A stretch of 64,000 nt of DNA from positions 26,278-90,277 of the forward strand of contig JAFGEQ010000002.1 of the NCBI GenBank assembly GCA_016931515.1, written 5' to 3'. This stretch comes from a candidate division CSSED10-310 bacterium. Its GTDB lineage: Bacteria > CSSED10-310. Of this stretch, positions 18,845 to 28,800 are shown one piece after another (within the stretch, counting starts at the first letter, position 1; each line of letters starts with the position of its first letter). Position numbers and translations under genes: made by a program. The notes beneath the pieces are model-generated. The model was not told where the DNA came from, did not search any database, and worked only from the letters and a program-made list of their open reading frames with translations.

Positions 18845-19914
18845 ATGGTTCGCTTGCAGCGTAAGATTGTCAGGCTGCAATCTGTCATAACTTGTAATTT
18901 ATTCAGTGTGTCGACTTCTTCCATTAACGTAAAAGCTGATCGGGTTCCACCAATCGCTATACCGGTCAGTCGATGACTGATATGTATGGGGACAACCACA
19001 AACGCCTGCAACTCCTCCATGCGCAGCATCTTTGGTACCCATCTCATATCGTTCGAGTCGGACTCGAAACCGACATATTTGATTTCAGGATTTTGCAGAT
19101 ACTCGCTCCAAAACGGAATTTTCTGCAGCTTATCCAACAAAGGAACACCCTTGCTTCCACGCCGAAAATCCGCCACATCATTCCAAAAAAAGTTCTTGGC
19201 ATTGTCGAGAACCAAAAAGACCACGCGATCACAAAGCTGCTCCATAAATTGAAGAAAATATCCGACTGCTTCTTTGTTACCGGTTGCCTCCAGAAACAGA
19301 CTTTTCGTTTGAGTTCCCAGAATATTGGTCCTGTCGAACACGGTGAATTGCCCCGAATCTCCGAGAGCGACCAGGCTTTGATCGGTTTCATAGATTTCTT
19401 TATCAGCGGAATACTGGTTATCATGGACGATCAGATCCTGCATCATCGACGCTTCCACGGTCGCGTCCGCCCTGCCGACGGGATTGACTGCAATCTGGTA
19501 GTATTTCGCGAGCGCTCGATGCAGCAGTGATTCCATGCAGACATACGGCCTGATAATATATCCGGATTTATGAGACAGTTCATCGACAAGCTGAATATCA
19601 TCCGCCTCGAGCATGGCCACATGCATTCGCCGGCCCATCACCCTGAAAGGCACGACTCGATAGGATTGAACGAGCTCTCCCGATAGCTTCTGAATGACCT
19701 CATCCGGAATGTTCTCCAGATCAGACGGCATGGCTGCAGGAATCCCTTTCTGTAATGCCAGCATCTCACAAACCTGGGTCTCATCCATTAACATCATCTG
19801 TACCAGGTGTTCACCGAACCGCCCCCCGGACATACTTTGGCGCCTGAGGACTTTCTCCAGTTGGTCAGGAGTCAACAACCCCTGGTCAAGCAGTATTTCT
19901 CCCAGCTTCTTCAT
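18829..19914 (-). CDS. MshEN/GspE-N-terminal-domain protein, putative c-di-GMP receptor
   Basis: 361 aa; the N-terminus KLGEILLDQGLLTPDQLEKVLRRQ fits the 24-residue MshEN c-di-GMP-binding motif RLGxx(L/V/I)(L/V/I)xxG(L/F/V/I)(L/V/I)xxxx(L/V/I)xx(L/V/I/A)(L/V/I/F)xxQ at every position except R1->K; no ATPase domain follows. Confidence 0.6.
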   Translation of the reverse strand: MKKLGEILLDQGLLTPDQLEKVLRRQSMSGGRFGEHLVQMMLMDETQVCEMLALQKGIPAAMPSDLENIPDEVIQKLSGELVQSYRVVPFRVMGRRMHVAMLEADDIQLVDELSHKSGYIIRPYVCMESLLHRALAKYYQIAVNPVGRADATVEASMMQDLIVHDNQYSADKEIYETDQSLVALGDSGQFTVFDRTNILGTQTKSLFLEATGNKEAVGYFLQFMEQLCDRVVFLVLDNAKNFFWNDVADFRRGSKGVPLLDKLQKIPFWSEYLQNPEIKYVGFESDSNDMRWVPKMLRMEELQAFVVVPIHISHRLTGIAIGGTRSAFTLMEEVDTLNKLQVMTDCSLTILRCKRTIQEIE

Positions 19915-20136
19915 GGTCCCGGCCTCCTGCTTTGATTATACGGGAAAAAACTTTCTTGTGACAATGTCCACCGTATCGCAACCATGGATACATCCTTGAA
20001 AAAACTGCCAGTTCGCGAATCGCGCTCTGCCGGTTGAGTGTTTCACTAAGTTATTACATAATTCGAATCAAGCGTCCACAGATTTTGTGTACCACCGCCA
20101 AAATCGATTGTAATAAACACTATTCAGGAACAGCTC

Positions 20137-20964
20137 ATGTCTTTAGAAAATGTCGAAATTATCTTAGTTGAACCGATTTACCCGGGTAACATAGGTGCGA
20201 TTGCCCGATCCGCGTTTAATTATGATCTGAGCACAATCAAAATAATCGGACATGTCGACTATCTGTGCACAGAAGCTAAACAGATGTCCCTGTACGGCTA
20301 CCCCCTGCTTCAGAAAGCAGCCCGTTTTGATACACTCGCCCAGGCGGTGAAAGATTGCGATCTGGTCATCGGAACTGTCCAACAGGAACGGTACAACCGC
20401 CAACCTCCTCTGTCTGCTTCTCAGACTATGTCGGCCTATAAGAACCGGATACTGACCGGGCGGACGGCACTGGTTTTCGGGCGAGAGGACAACGGGTTGA
20501 CCCGCGAAGAAATCGATGTCTGCCATGTTCTGACGACACTTCCAACTCCAACCGGGTTAAGCTTCAATCTTGCCCATTCAGCCACTGTGTTCCTCTACGA
20601 GATGCATCGGGCAATCAATGGAGTTACCCCATACCGCGAACCACCTGCTCCTCCCCAAAGCGAATATGAAGACCTTTTCAGAGTCATCCGTTCCGCCCTT
20701 TTTAAGGTTGGCTTTTTTCGTCCTGACCGAAAAGTCAATACGATGATAAGGATCAGGGATGTGATTTACCGTATGAATCTTAACTCGTCAGATTTTCCGC
20801 TGTTAAAAGCGATATTTTTCAAAATTGACAGTTTCGCCTCACGCGCTTTTCCGCATCTTCCTCGAGACCTGTTCGACGATTGCACTATATACGGTCAGGA
20901 GGTCGAATTACCTGAACCTCCCAGTCCTCCATCTGATATTAACCACCTGTCAGGGTACCGGTAA
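20137..20964 (+). CDS. trmJ: SpoU/TrmH-family RNA 2'-O-methyltransferase (TrmJ-like)
   Basis: 275 aa; the N-terminus VEIILVEPIYPGNIGAIARSAFNY is the TrmJ/LasT signature; LVFGREDNGLTREE is the SPOUT block. Confidence 0.7.
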   Translation: MSLENVEIILVEPIYPGNIGAIARSAFNYDLSTIKIIGHVDYLCTEAKQMSLYGYPLLQKAARFDTLAQAVKDCDLVIGTVQQERYNRQPPLSASQTMSAYKNRILTGRTALVFGREDNGLTREEIDVCHVLTTLPTPTGLSFNLAHSATVFLYEMHRAINGVTPYREPPAPPQSEYEDLFRVIRSALFKVGFFRPDRKVNTMIRIRDVIYRMNLNSSDFPLLKAIFFKIDSFASRAFPHLPRDLFDDCTIYGQEVELPEPPSPPSDINHLSGYR

Positions 20965-23374
20965 TCCGGCTCGATAAATATTCCAGCACATCAATAGCTT
21001 CTGACTTTACTGTATCGCTGCCTGCAATCACAGGACCGATACAACCCGGACATCCATAACGGCATTCGCAACTTTTTACGGAATTACAGGCTTCCGTTAG
21101 AATAGTGGATGCTGTACGGAACAGTTGTTCACTCAACCCGATCCCCCCGGGGTACCGATCAAAAATAAAAAGATTGACGGTACCCCCGGATGGGGGCGGT
21201 TGACCATGGGTCTGAATCATGCCCAGATGATCCATTTGTACAGTCCAGTCGTGGTCGCATGCGACAACACAGGAGCCAATATCGCGCGGATCACTCATCA
21301 ACAGGACAGATGCCACACTGTGAATCGCTGTCAATGCGCCGATGAGACCGGCGGCTGGAGAAGCCGTCACTGATGGGTCCGTTCCATCTTCGCCGTTTAA
21401 AGGAACCGTAAACCATGCTGCAAAAGTGATCAGTTCCTGTTCAGGTAAGTTAACCGTCCCTGTTCCCAGCTGCTCCTGTGTGCCGAAACGCAGCTTTTTG
21501 TATCCGATAACCCGGCTTACAACCTTCACATCGCCCATGTGAACCGGACTCGACTTCGGAACACCGGGTTTTTCATCAAGAATCTGAATTTTTATCTGCT
21601 CGATCGGCGCTGTATAATAACCAGTGTCTAATGCGCGAATTCGGGCTTTGCAGTTTTCCAGATCAAGATTGAGTACAAGAAACTGCCGTGCGCCATGCAG
21701 ATATACTGCCTCCGGATGCAAAAGAAGATGAGCTGCACAGATATCGATCTCGCCAATGACTTCAGGATTTTCATCTGACTCTTCGACAATTATGACACTC
21801 TGTGAACTCACAGATCTCAGACTGACTTTTTCAGCTGGATAATCACCACCTGTGTAGAACCATCTGCCACCACTGTGTTGCACCTCCCCGGATGATTCCA
21901 GATACTCCAGAAACTCCTCCGTCACATCCAGACCGGCATATCTCTCCGAATCCATGAATGGCAATTCGAAGGCTGCACAGCGGATATGTGCAAGCAGTAT
22001 GAGCAGGTTATCCGGATTAATCAGTGCATGTTCCGCGGGTTGATTAAAGAAATACTCCGGGTTCCGGACAATGTATTGATCCAGGGGTGCAGCAGATGCA
22101 ATTACTACTGCCAATGATCGGTCTTCCCGGCGCCCGGCGCGACCCGCCCGTTGCCAGGTTGATGCAATCGTCCCAGGATAACCAGCCATTACGACAGCTC
22201 CCATATTGCCGATGTCAACACCCAGTTCCAGAGCTGATGTTGCGACAACACAGCGGATGCTGCCCTGCCGGAGACCTGATTCTATTTCCCGCCTCTCCCG
22301 TGGCAGGTAACCACCACGGTAGCCACGGATCATTCCCGGGTCAATGATATCTTTCATCAATTTCTTGAGTTCCAGAAGCAACAACTCAACATTTCGTCTG
22401 CTCCGTGCAAATATCAGCGTCTGAACGCCTTCTGCAAGAATTAGTCTGGAGAATCGCGTGGTCTCCTCCAAATATGATCGGCGGATCATGTCTGCCGAAT
22501 CAATGACCGGAGGATTATAGAAAATGACAACCTTTTCACCGGCTGGAGCACCTGATTCAGCGATCAAATGAACGGGTTCCCCGATCAGTCGTTCCGCAAA
22601 TTCAAGCGGATTGGCAATTGTGGCTGAACTCATAATGATCCGGGGATTGGATCCGTGAAATTGGCAGATTCTTCGTAATCGTCGGAACACATTGCATAAA
22701 TGACTCCCGAAAATTCCGCGGTATTGATGCAATTCATCGACCACAATGAACTCAAGATGCTGAAAAAAGGAGGCCCATCGGGCGTGATGAGGCAGGATTC
22801 CACTATGGATCATATCCGGATTGGTCAGCACTATTCGAGCTGCTTCACGGATTCTTTTACGATTCTCCGATGATGTGTCACCATCATAAATACACGGCTG
22901 GACTGTTTTTACCGCACCTCCGGTCATGTTTATCAATTCATGGTATTGATCCTGGGCGAGTGCCTTTGCGGGAAAAATATAAAGAGCTTTGGATTTTGGT
23001 TGAGTCATCAATCGATCGATTATCGGCAAATTGTAACATAAGGTTTTTCCAGATGCAGTCGGTGTTACAATCACGAGGTTCTCGCCTCTTCTAATCGCAT
23101 GCCATGCAAGCACCTGATGTGTATACAGTTTATCGATATGTCGATCTCTTATAATTTTCAGCAGTTCCGGATGGATGTCGGAAGGAAGAGGGCCATACTC
23201 CGGGTACTTGCGAGGCAATTGCTGGAGCGATGTAATTCCCGATGAAAATCGGGCATTTTTTACTTTTGTCAGGATCGTGCGGATTGGATCTTTGCTGTCA
23301 TCACACGGTTCCAGACCTTGTTTCGAACGGAGTTTTGATTCAGACGAACCTTCTCTTTCCGGATCAGTCTTCAT
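20939..23374 (-). CDS. DEAD/DEAH-box helicase with C-terminal DUF1998 (MrfA/YprA/Hrq1-like)
   Basis: 811 aa; Walker A (VIVTPTASGKT), DEAH-like (VVDELH) and helicase-C motifs; the C-terminal region has a 4-Cys cluster (CECRYGCPGC) as in the DUF1998 zinc domain. Confidence 0.75.
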   Translation of the reverse strand: MKTDPEREGSSESKLRSKQGLEPCDDSKDPIRTILTKVKNARFSSGITSLQQLPRKYPEYGPLPSDIHPELLKIIRDRHIDKLYTHQVLAWHAIRRGENLVIVTPTASGKTLCYNLPIIDRLMTQPKSKALYIFPAKALAQDQYHELINMTGGAVKTVQPCIYDGDTSSENRKRIREAARIVLTNPDMIHSGILPHHARWASFFQHLEFIVVDELHQYRGIFGSHLCNVFRRLRRICQFHGSNPRIIMSSATIANPLEFAERLIGEPVHLIAESGAPAGEKVVIFYNPPVIDSADMIRRSYLEETTRFSRLILAEGVQTLIFARSRRNVELLLLELKKLMKDIIDPGMIRGYRGGYLPRERREIESGLRQGSIRCVVATSALELGVDIGNMGAVVMAGYPGTIASTWQRAGRAGRREDRSLAVVIASAAPLDQYIVRNPEYFFNQPAEHALINPDNLLILLAHIRCAAFELPFMDSERYAGLDVTEEFLEYLESSGEVQHSGGRWFYTGGDYPAEKVSLRSVSSQSVIIVEESDENPEVIGEIDICAAHLLLHPEAVYLHGARQFLVLNLDLENCKARIRALDTGYYTAPIEQIKIQILDEKPGVPKSSPVHMGDVKVVSRVIGYKKLRFGTQEQLGTGTVNLPEQELITFAAWFTVPLNGEDGTDPSVTASPAAGLIGALTAIHSVASVLLMSDPRDIGSCVVACDHDWTVQMDHLGMIQTHGQPPPSGGTVNLFIFDRYPGGIGLSEQLFRTASTILTEACNSVKSCECRYGCPGCIGPVIAGSDTVKSEAIDVLEYLSSRITGTLTGG

Positions 23375-24539
23375 ACAGGAGAAACGGTTGCCTCATTCGT
23401 TGAAAATTCTTTTCATCCTTGTGCCATCGTTCCTGAATATCAAGCAGCGAGGTGCCGGTCTCTATTTCCCGGCGCAACGTCGAGTTCCCCGCTAAAATGT
23501 CAAATGGCAGCTTGACATATTCATACTCATAAGGAGGCAGTTTCCATTGGAATTGCGTCGGGTAGAGATCCCTCAGAACTTTAATTATGGCAACAGCGGT
23601 CAAAACCGGTTTGAATACAGTTCGATCAGTAACATGAATCTGGATTCCGCCGCATGGTTCACCTTTGAATTTCTGGAATGTGGGTCTGAACATGAGTTCT
23701 CTGAATCGGACACCGGGAAGCCTGTAATCTACCATAGCGCAAAGAAATCGACGAGGATCGATGAATGGAGCTCCAACTATCTCGAAAGGACGAGTCGTAC
23801 CCCGTCCTTCCGAAATATTGGTTCCTTCTATCAGGCACATCCCGGGATAAACAGTTGCCGTGGCCAACGTCGGCATATTGGGAGAGGGAATCACCCAGGG
23901 AACACCCGTGTCATCAAACCACATTTTACGTGTCCATCCTGTCATTGAGATTACATCCAAATCACAGCCTATCTCAAAGCATTCATTAAACATTCTGGCT
24001 AATTCACCACATGTCATACCATGCCGATTGGGAATGGGATACATGCCAACAAACGATGTATACCCACTCTCAACCACGGATCCTTCGATCTCAATCCCAT
24101 TCAATGGATTGGGACGATCCAGAACGATCATCTTCTTATGATCCCTGGCGCATGCCTTCATGACATTCGCCATGGTGTATATAAAGGTATAATATCGTGC
24201 CCCGACATCCTGAATGTCGAATACCATGGCATCAACATATTCCATCATCTCTTCCGTCGGAATCCGGGTTTCTCCATAAAGACTGAAAAACGGAAGACCG
24301 GTATTATGATCTCGATAACTGTGCCACTCCACCATGTTATCCTGAGTATGACCGAAAATTCCATGTTGCGGTCCGAATACCGCCGTCAGGAACGCAGCCG
24401 GATGATTCATTAATCGATGCATCGTGTGCTCAAATGTATGATCAACCGAAGTGGCGTTACTAACTAATCCAAGCCTGATTCCGCGGTATCTTTCTATCTC
24501 CGAATCCAAAAACCGATAGAGTCCATGTCTGACGTCCAC
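23364..24539 (-). CDS. DUF1343 family protein (exo-beta-N-acetylmuramidase NamZ/YbbC-like)
   Basis: 391 aa; the N-terminal RLGLVSNATSVD block is characteristic of DUF1343/NamZ. Confidence 0.6.
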   Translation of the reverse strand: MDVRHGLYRFLDSEIERYRGIRLGLVSNATSVDHTFEHTMHRLMNHPAAFLTAVFGPQHGIFGHTQDNMVEWHSYRDHNTGLPFFSLYGETRIPTEEMMEYVDAMVFDIQDVGARYYTFIYTMANVMKACARDHKKMIVLDRPNPLNGIEIEGSVVESGYTSFVGMYPIPNRHGMTCGELARMFNECFEIGCDLDVISMTGWTRKMWFDDTGVPWVIPSPNMPTLATATVYPGMCLIEGTNISEGRGTTRPFEIVGAPFIDPRRFLCAMVDYRLPGVRFRELMFRPTFQKFKGEPCGGIQIHVTDRTVFKPVLTAVAIIKVLRDLYPTQFQWKLPPYEYEYVKLPFDILAGNSTLRREIETGTSLLDIQERWHKDEKNFQRMRQPFLLYED

Positions 24540-24664
24540 TGGATACCTCCATTCCTGTTCCTATCACCAATTATGGCATAACTCGTCTCAGGATTCATCT
24601 CCGTCCTGTTGATTTCCTGTTGTGACTTGCAGCAGAACATTCATTCCTTTACATTATAACCGGT

Positions 24665-25498
24665 ATGAAGAATGATCCAGCTAACAGTCCACTAGTTGTT
24701 CCCCGCAAAAGCGGCAAAATCGTCAGTTTTACATCCCTGTTCAGTGGGTGGATCCTGGCGTATTCCGATATTCACCATGGATTGATTCTTCCATTTCAGA
24801 GGGTTGATGACAGGCTGAAATCCCTGGCAATATTGGTCTCCAGTATCGGCCTGACCTGGTTTATCTATGTTCCGATCCATGAATTGCTGCACGTCGGCGG
24901 ATGTGTAATCACAGGGGGAACCGTATCTGAGTTAATATTGGGACGTGAATATGGAGCTGATTTACTGAGGCATATTTTCCCATTTATAACGCCCATAACA
25001 ACGCAATACGCCGGCCGCGTAACCGGATTTCAACCGAATGGCGATATTGGGTACCTCGTTACAGTCTTTGCGCCTTTCATCCTCACCGTTTTTCCGGGAG
25101 TCTGGTTCATCGGTAAAGCGTTACAAACCGCAAAGATTTGGTTTTGGGGTCCCGGTATTGTGATGGGATTAGCATCTTTCTATAACTTGACTGGTGACTT
25201 TTTCGAGATCGGCACCATTTTCTCCACACGCTTGCTGGACTTTGTCTCCCTAGGCTTCTCGTCAGAGGTCATCCCTTCCTTCTGGGAATTGCGATCGGAT
25301 GATGTTTTCAGGCTCTTCAGTGAAATCGCATCTGCACCTGACGCGTATGGAATGAATCATTTTACCGGCATGTCAATCGTTACAGCAACCATTCTGATTG
25401 GTTTTTTTCTTGCAGTCGTCTGTTCCGGTTTAACCTATCGACTCGGCCGGAGGTTTGCAGGGATTCCTATGATTCAGAAATCAGTTACCGAAAAGTAA
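24665..25498 (+). CDS. Polytopic membrane protein with HExxH motif (possible zincin-like membrane peptidase, DUF3267-like)
   Basis: 277 aa, several TM helices; an HELLH motif sits at a helix boundary (VPIHELLHVGG). Confidence 0.35.
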   Translation: MKNDPANSPLVVPRKSGKIVSFTSLFSGWILAYSDIHHGLILPFQRVDDRLKSLAILVSSIGLTWFIYVPIHELLHVGGCVITGGTVSELILGREYGADLLRHIFPFITPITTQYAGRVTGFQPNGDIGYLVTVFAPFILTVFPGVWFIGKALQTAKIWFWGPGIVMGLASFYNLTGDFFEIGTIFSTRLLDFVSLGFSSEVIPSFWELRSDDVFRLFSEIASAPDAYGMNHFTGMSIVTATILIGFFLAVVCSGLTYRLGRRFAGIPMIQKSVTEK

Positions 25499-25515
25499 AG
25501 GAACAGGAGATTACT

Positions 25516-26616
25516 GTGAAAATTGCCATGGTAGTCGGTAACAGACCTCATTTTGTCAAAGCAGCTCCATTGCTGAGAATAATGTCAACCAATCCCGACA
25601 TTCAAACTATCATTATCCACACAGGTCAACATTATGATCACAGTATGTCAGGTGCCTTCCTGGAAGGTTTTTCTTTTCCACCTGTGGATGTCAATCTTGG
25701 TGTAGGCTCCGGTTCAATAGGCATGCAGACAGGTACCATCCTGGCTAAACTCGACCCGGTGTATCGCAAATTGGCTCCAGACTGTATCTTGAGCATGGGT
25801 GATACGAATACGACTCTTGCCGCTGCTCTGGCTGCCTATCAGCAGCACATCCCCAACGCCCATATCGAAGCCGGGATGCGTGAAAACATATGGAGACCTG
25901 AGGAGATCAACAAGATAGTGGCGGATCATTGCGCGGACTATTTGTTTGCACCAATCCCAAGGGCTGTGGAAAATCTTCGGAACGAGGGCTTTCCTGAATC
26001 AAGAATCTTTTATACCGGGGATATAACGCTGGATACTTTCGTGAGCAATCGATCGGCTGCAATGCAGAATTTCCATGATGTGAGAAAGCGTTTTCCCCTG
26101 ATCCCTGAAAAATATGATCTGATGACTCTGCATCGAGCTGAAACCGTGGATGATCCGGTTGTTTTTGGCCGGATTCTGGACGCCTTGACATTGTGGCCGA
26201 TTCCGATCGTCTTCCCGGTTCACCCCCGAACCGAAAAGCAGATCCGTCGATTCGGCTTCGATGCCCGGTTGACTGCTATGAAGCATGTGTTGTGTCTACC
26301 CGCTCTTCCCTATTTGGATTTTCTCGGTCTTCTACTGCATGCGGATCGAATTGCCACCGATTCGTCAGGCGTGTTGAAAGAAGCTTTCTATGCCGGCAAG
26401 TTAAGCATCGTGCTGGATGATTCCACTGAGTACTGCGAAATATTCGACATGAAAGCCGCGTTTATGGGAGGTCGTGACACCGCCGGTATTGCCTCTGCGT
26501 TGAATAAGATGAAGCATGCCGCCTTCCCCACCTTCCACGACAATCCGTTCGGAGGCGGCCAAGCTGCACAGAAAATGATCAGCATTATTCTGGGTGCTCT
26601 GATGAAAACACACTGA
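25516..26616 (+). CDS. wecB: UDP-N-acetylglucosamine 2-epimerase (non-hydrolysing)
   Basis: 366 aa; N-terminus KIAMVVGNRPHFVKAAPLLRIM...IIHTGQHYD is canonical for WecB/MnaA. Confidence 0.8.
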   Translation: MKIAMVVGNRPHFVKAAPLLRIMSTNPDIQTIIIHTGQHYDHSMSGAFLEGFSFPPVDVNLGVGSGSIGMQTGTILAKLDPVYRKLAPDCILSMGDTNTTLAAALAAYQQHIPNAHIEAGMRENIWRPEEINKIVADHCADYLFAPIPRAVENLRNEGFPESRIFYTGDITLDTFVSNRSAAMQNFHDVRKRFPLIPEKYDLMTLHRAETVDDPVVFGRILDALTLWPIPIVFPVHPRTEKQIRRFGFDARLTAMKHVLCLPALPYLDFLGLLLHADRIATDSSGVLKEAFYAGKLSIVLDDSTEYCEIFDMKAAFMGGRDTAGIASALNKMKHAAFPTFHDNPFGGGQAAQKMISIILGALMKTH

Positions 26617-26742
26617 GTTGCGCATCAGGTAGTTTGCTCAGCTTCTTTGATAGCTGATTTCATCGAATTTTAGCTTGTTATCAGCCACAGGCTATGGTAT
26701 TGCTACCGGCTAAATGCCGTGAGGCATTATCCAAGGGAAGCA

Positions 26743-26775
26743 GAGTCTATACAGAGTCTATAAGGAGTCTATAAG
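26743..26775. repeat. Three tandem 11-bp direct repeats (R)GAGTCTATA(M) immediately upstream of buk
   Basis: agagtctatac / agagtctataa / ggagtctataa read directly at ~26742-26775; the last copy runs into the AGGAG RBS ~10 nt before the ATG at 26785. Confidence 0.5.
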
Positions 26776-26784
26776 GAGAACATT

Positions 26785-27915
26785 ATGGGAAATGGTTTGA
26801 ATATTCTGGTTATCAATCCAGGTTCGACATCAGATGAAATCAGTCTGTTCAGAGGGAAAGAGAAAATTTTTCATAAAACCGTCAGATATTCTCCAAAGCA
26901 GATGGAACCATTTGACACACATCCGGTTACCGCGCAGTTTGAGTTTCGCTCCAAATTGCTGATGGATACACTTAAAGAGCAGAATGTTGATGTCAATTCT
27001 CTTGACGCGATTGCAGGACGAGGCGGTCTCCTCCGTCCGGTTCCGGGAGGAACGTATCTTGTTAATGACGCAGTGCTCCGGGAACTGAAATCCTGCCAGT
27101 ACGGCGACCATCCATCCAATCTGGGTGGTTTGCTGGCTGATTCTCTGGCTCATTCACTTGGTATTCCGGCTTATATCGCAGATCCAGTCGTCGTCGATGA
27201 AATGGAAGACATCGCCCGTCTCTCGGGAATGCCTGAAAATCCTAGGATTTCGATTTTCCATGCGCTCAATCAGAAACGCGTTGCACGACTAGCTGCGAAG
27301 GAACTTGGAAGACCGTATGAGGATATCAACTTGATTGTTATGCATGGTGGCGGTGGTATCAGTATCGGAGCTCATAAAAAAGGCCGGGTGGTTGATGTAA
27401 ACCAGGCACTTGATGGAGATGGTCCGTATACACCGCAAAGGTCCGGCGGAGTCCCGGGTGGCGGGTTGTTGAAAATGGCTTATTCAGGAAAGTATACGCT
27501 TCAGGAGATGAAGTTGAAGATGAAAGGGAAAGGCGGTCTTGTTGCTTATCTTGGTACCTCCGACCTCGTTTTTCTGGAGAATTACCTTGACAACAAACCG
27601 GTCTCCGAAGAAGACCTCAAAATGCTGAAACCGGGTGTCGATAAGGAGTTCATCCAACTTTGTCTCGAGGGCATGGCTTATCAAATTGCGAAGGACATCT
27701 GCGCAATGGCTGGCGTTCTCAAGGGAGACGTTGACGGTATCGTACTGACAGGTGGAATCATTTACGATCCGCGGCTCAAACCATGGATTATAGAACGGAT
27801 TCAGTGGATGGGGAAACCGATTTTCTGCTACCCCGGTGGTGATGAAATGGCTGCGTTGCGTGATGCCGCGACACGGGTGATGAATGGCGAAGAAGACGCT
27901 CATATCTATGAATGA
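26785..27915 (+). CDS. buk: Butyrate kinase (ASKHA family)
   Basis: 376 aa; N-terminus ILVINPGSTSDEISLF matches the butyrate/acetate kinase start (ILVINPGSTSTK...); length fits Buk rather than Ack. Confidence 0.7.
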   Translation: MGNGLNILVINPGSTSDEISLFRGKEKIFHKTVRYSPKQMEPFDTHPVTAQFEFRSKLLMDTLKEQNVDVNSLDAIAGRGGLLRPVPGGTYLVNDAVLRELKSCQYGDHPSNLGGLLADSLAHSLGIPAYIADPVVVDEMEDIARLSGMPENPRISIFHALNQKRVARLAAKELGRPYEDINLIVMHGGGGISIGAHKKGRVVDVNQALDGDGPYTPQRSGGVPGGGLLKMAYSGKYTLQEMKLKMKGKGGLVAYLGTSDLVFLENYLDNKPVSEEDLKMLKPGVDKEFIQLCLEGMAYQIAKDICAMAGVLKGDVDGIVLTGGIIYDPRLKPWIIERIQWMGKPIFCYPGGDEMAALRDAATRVMNGEEDAHIYE

Positions 27916-28014
27916 TTGATGCGTTGATCGATTTGATTGACAGTTGAAAATCTACTTTATCGGCATTATATTCTGATGTCATTATGCGGGAACATTGGTC
28001 AGAAAGGATAAACA

Positions 28015-28782
28015 ATGCTTATTGCTGTTATTTTACGACAAGTGCCTGACACGGAAGCAGATATTGTAATTCATCCCGAGGATCCGACACGGATTATCGG
28101 AGATGATATCAAGTGGATTATGAACCCTTATGACGAATTCGCGGTTGAAGCGGCAGTGTCCACTGCAGAAGAACATTCAGGTGAGACACTTGCAATATGT
28201 ATCGGTTCTGAAAAAGCCGAATCGGTCATTCGAACAGCCATGGCGATGGGAATCGATGCAGGATTGTTGATTAGAAGAGATTCCGACAACAATCCGGATA
28301 TCATTTCCGAAGCGAAAGTCATCGCAGCGAGTTTGAAGGAGCAGATGCCGGATTTGATACTATGTGGACGTGAATATATTGATACCGGCGATGACGGCAT
28401 AGCTGCGGCGCTGGCCGAGTTTCTTCATGTTCCTCATGTACTCAATGTAAATAAATTAACGGTAGATAGCGATCAGATTCAGGTTGAACGGGAAGTGGAT
28501 GGTGATACATTGAGAATCTCGATGACTCTCCCCGGGGTCGTATCCTGTCAAAAAGGTCTCAATGAACCTCGATATCCCAACTTGATGGCAGTTAGGAAAG
28601 CTCAAAAAAAGCCGTTGGACATAAAATCTCTGTCCGATCTGGGTGATGATGCAGCTCGAATGCGTTACATTGCGCTCTCATATCCACCGGCTAGAAGCGC
28701 CGGCAGACTAGTCAAAGGGGAGCCAGAGGACACAGCCCGTCAGGCAGCGGAATGGCTGACGCGAGACGCTCGCGCATTTTAA
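28015..28782 (+). CDS. etfB: Electron transfer flavoprotein beta subunit
   Basis: 255 aa; MLIAVILRQVPDTEA...INPYDEFAVEAA is the EtfB N-terminal signature. Confidence 0.8.
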   Translation: MLIAVILRQVPDTEADIVIHPEDPTRIIGDDIKWIMNPYDEFAVEAAVSTAEEHSGETLAICIGSEKAESVIRTAMAMGIDAGLLIRRDSDNNPDIISEAKVIAASLKEQMPDLILCGREYIDTGDDGIAAALAEFLHVPHVLNVNKLTVDSDQIQVEREVDGDTLRISMTLPGVVSCQKGLNEPRYPNLMAVRKAQKKPLDIKSLSDLGDDAARMRYIALSYPPARSAGRLVKGEPEDTARQAAEWLTRDARAF

Positions 28783-28800
28783 TTGGAGAGGAGTATTGAT

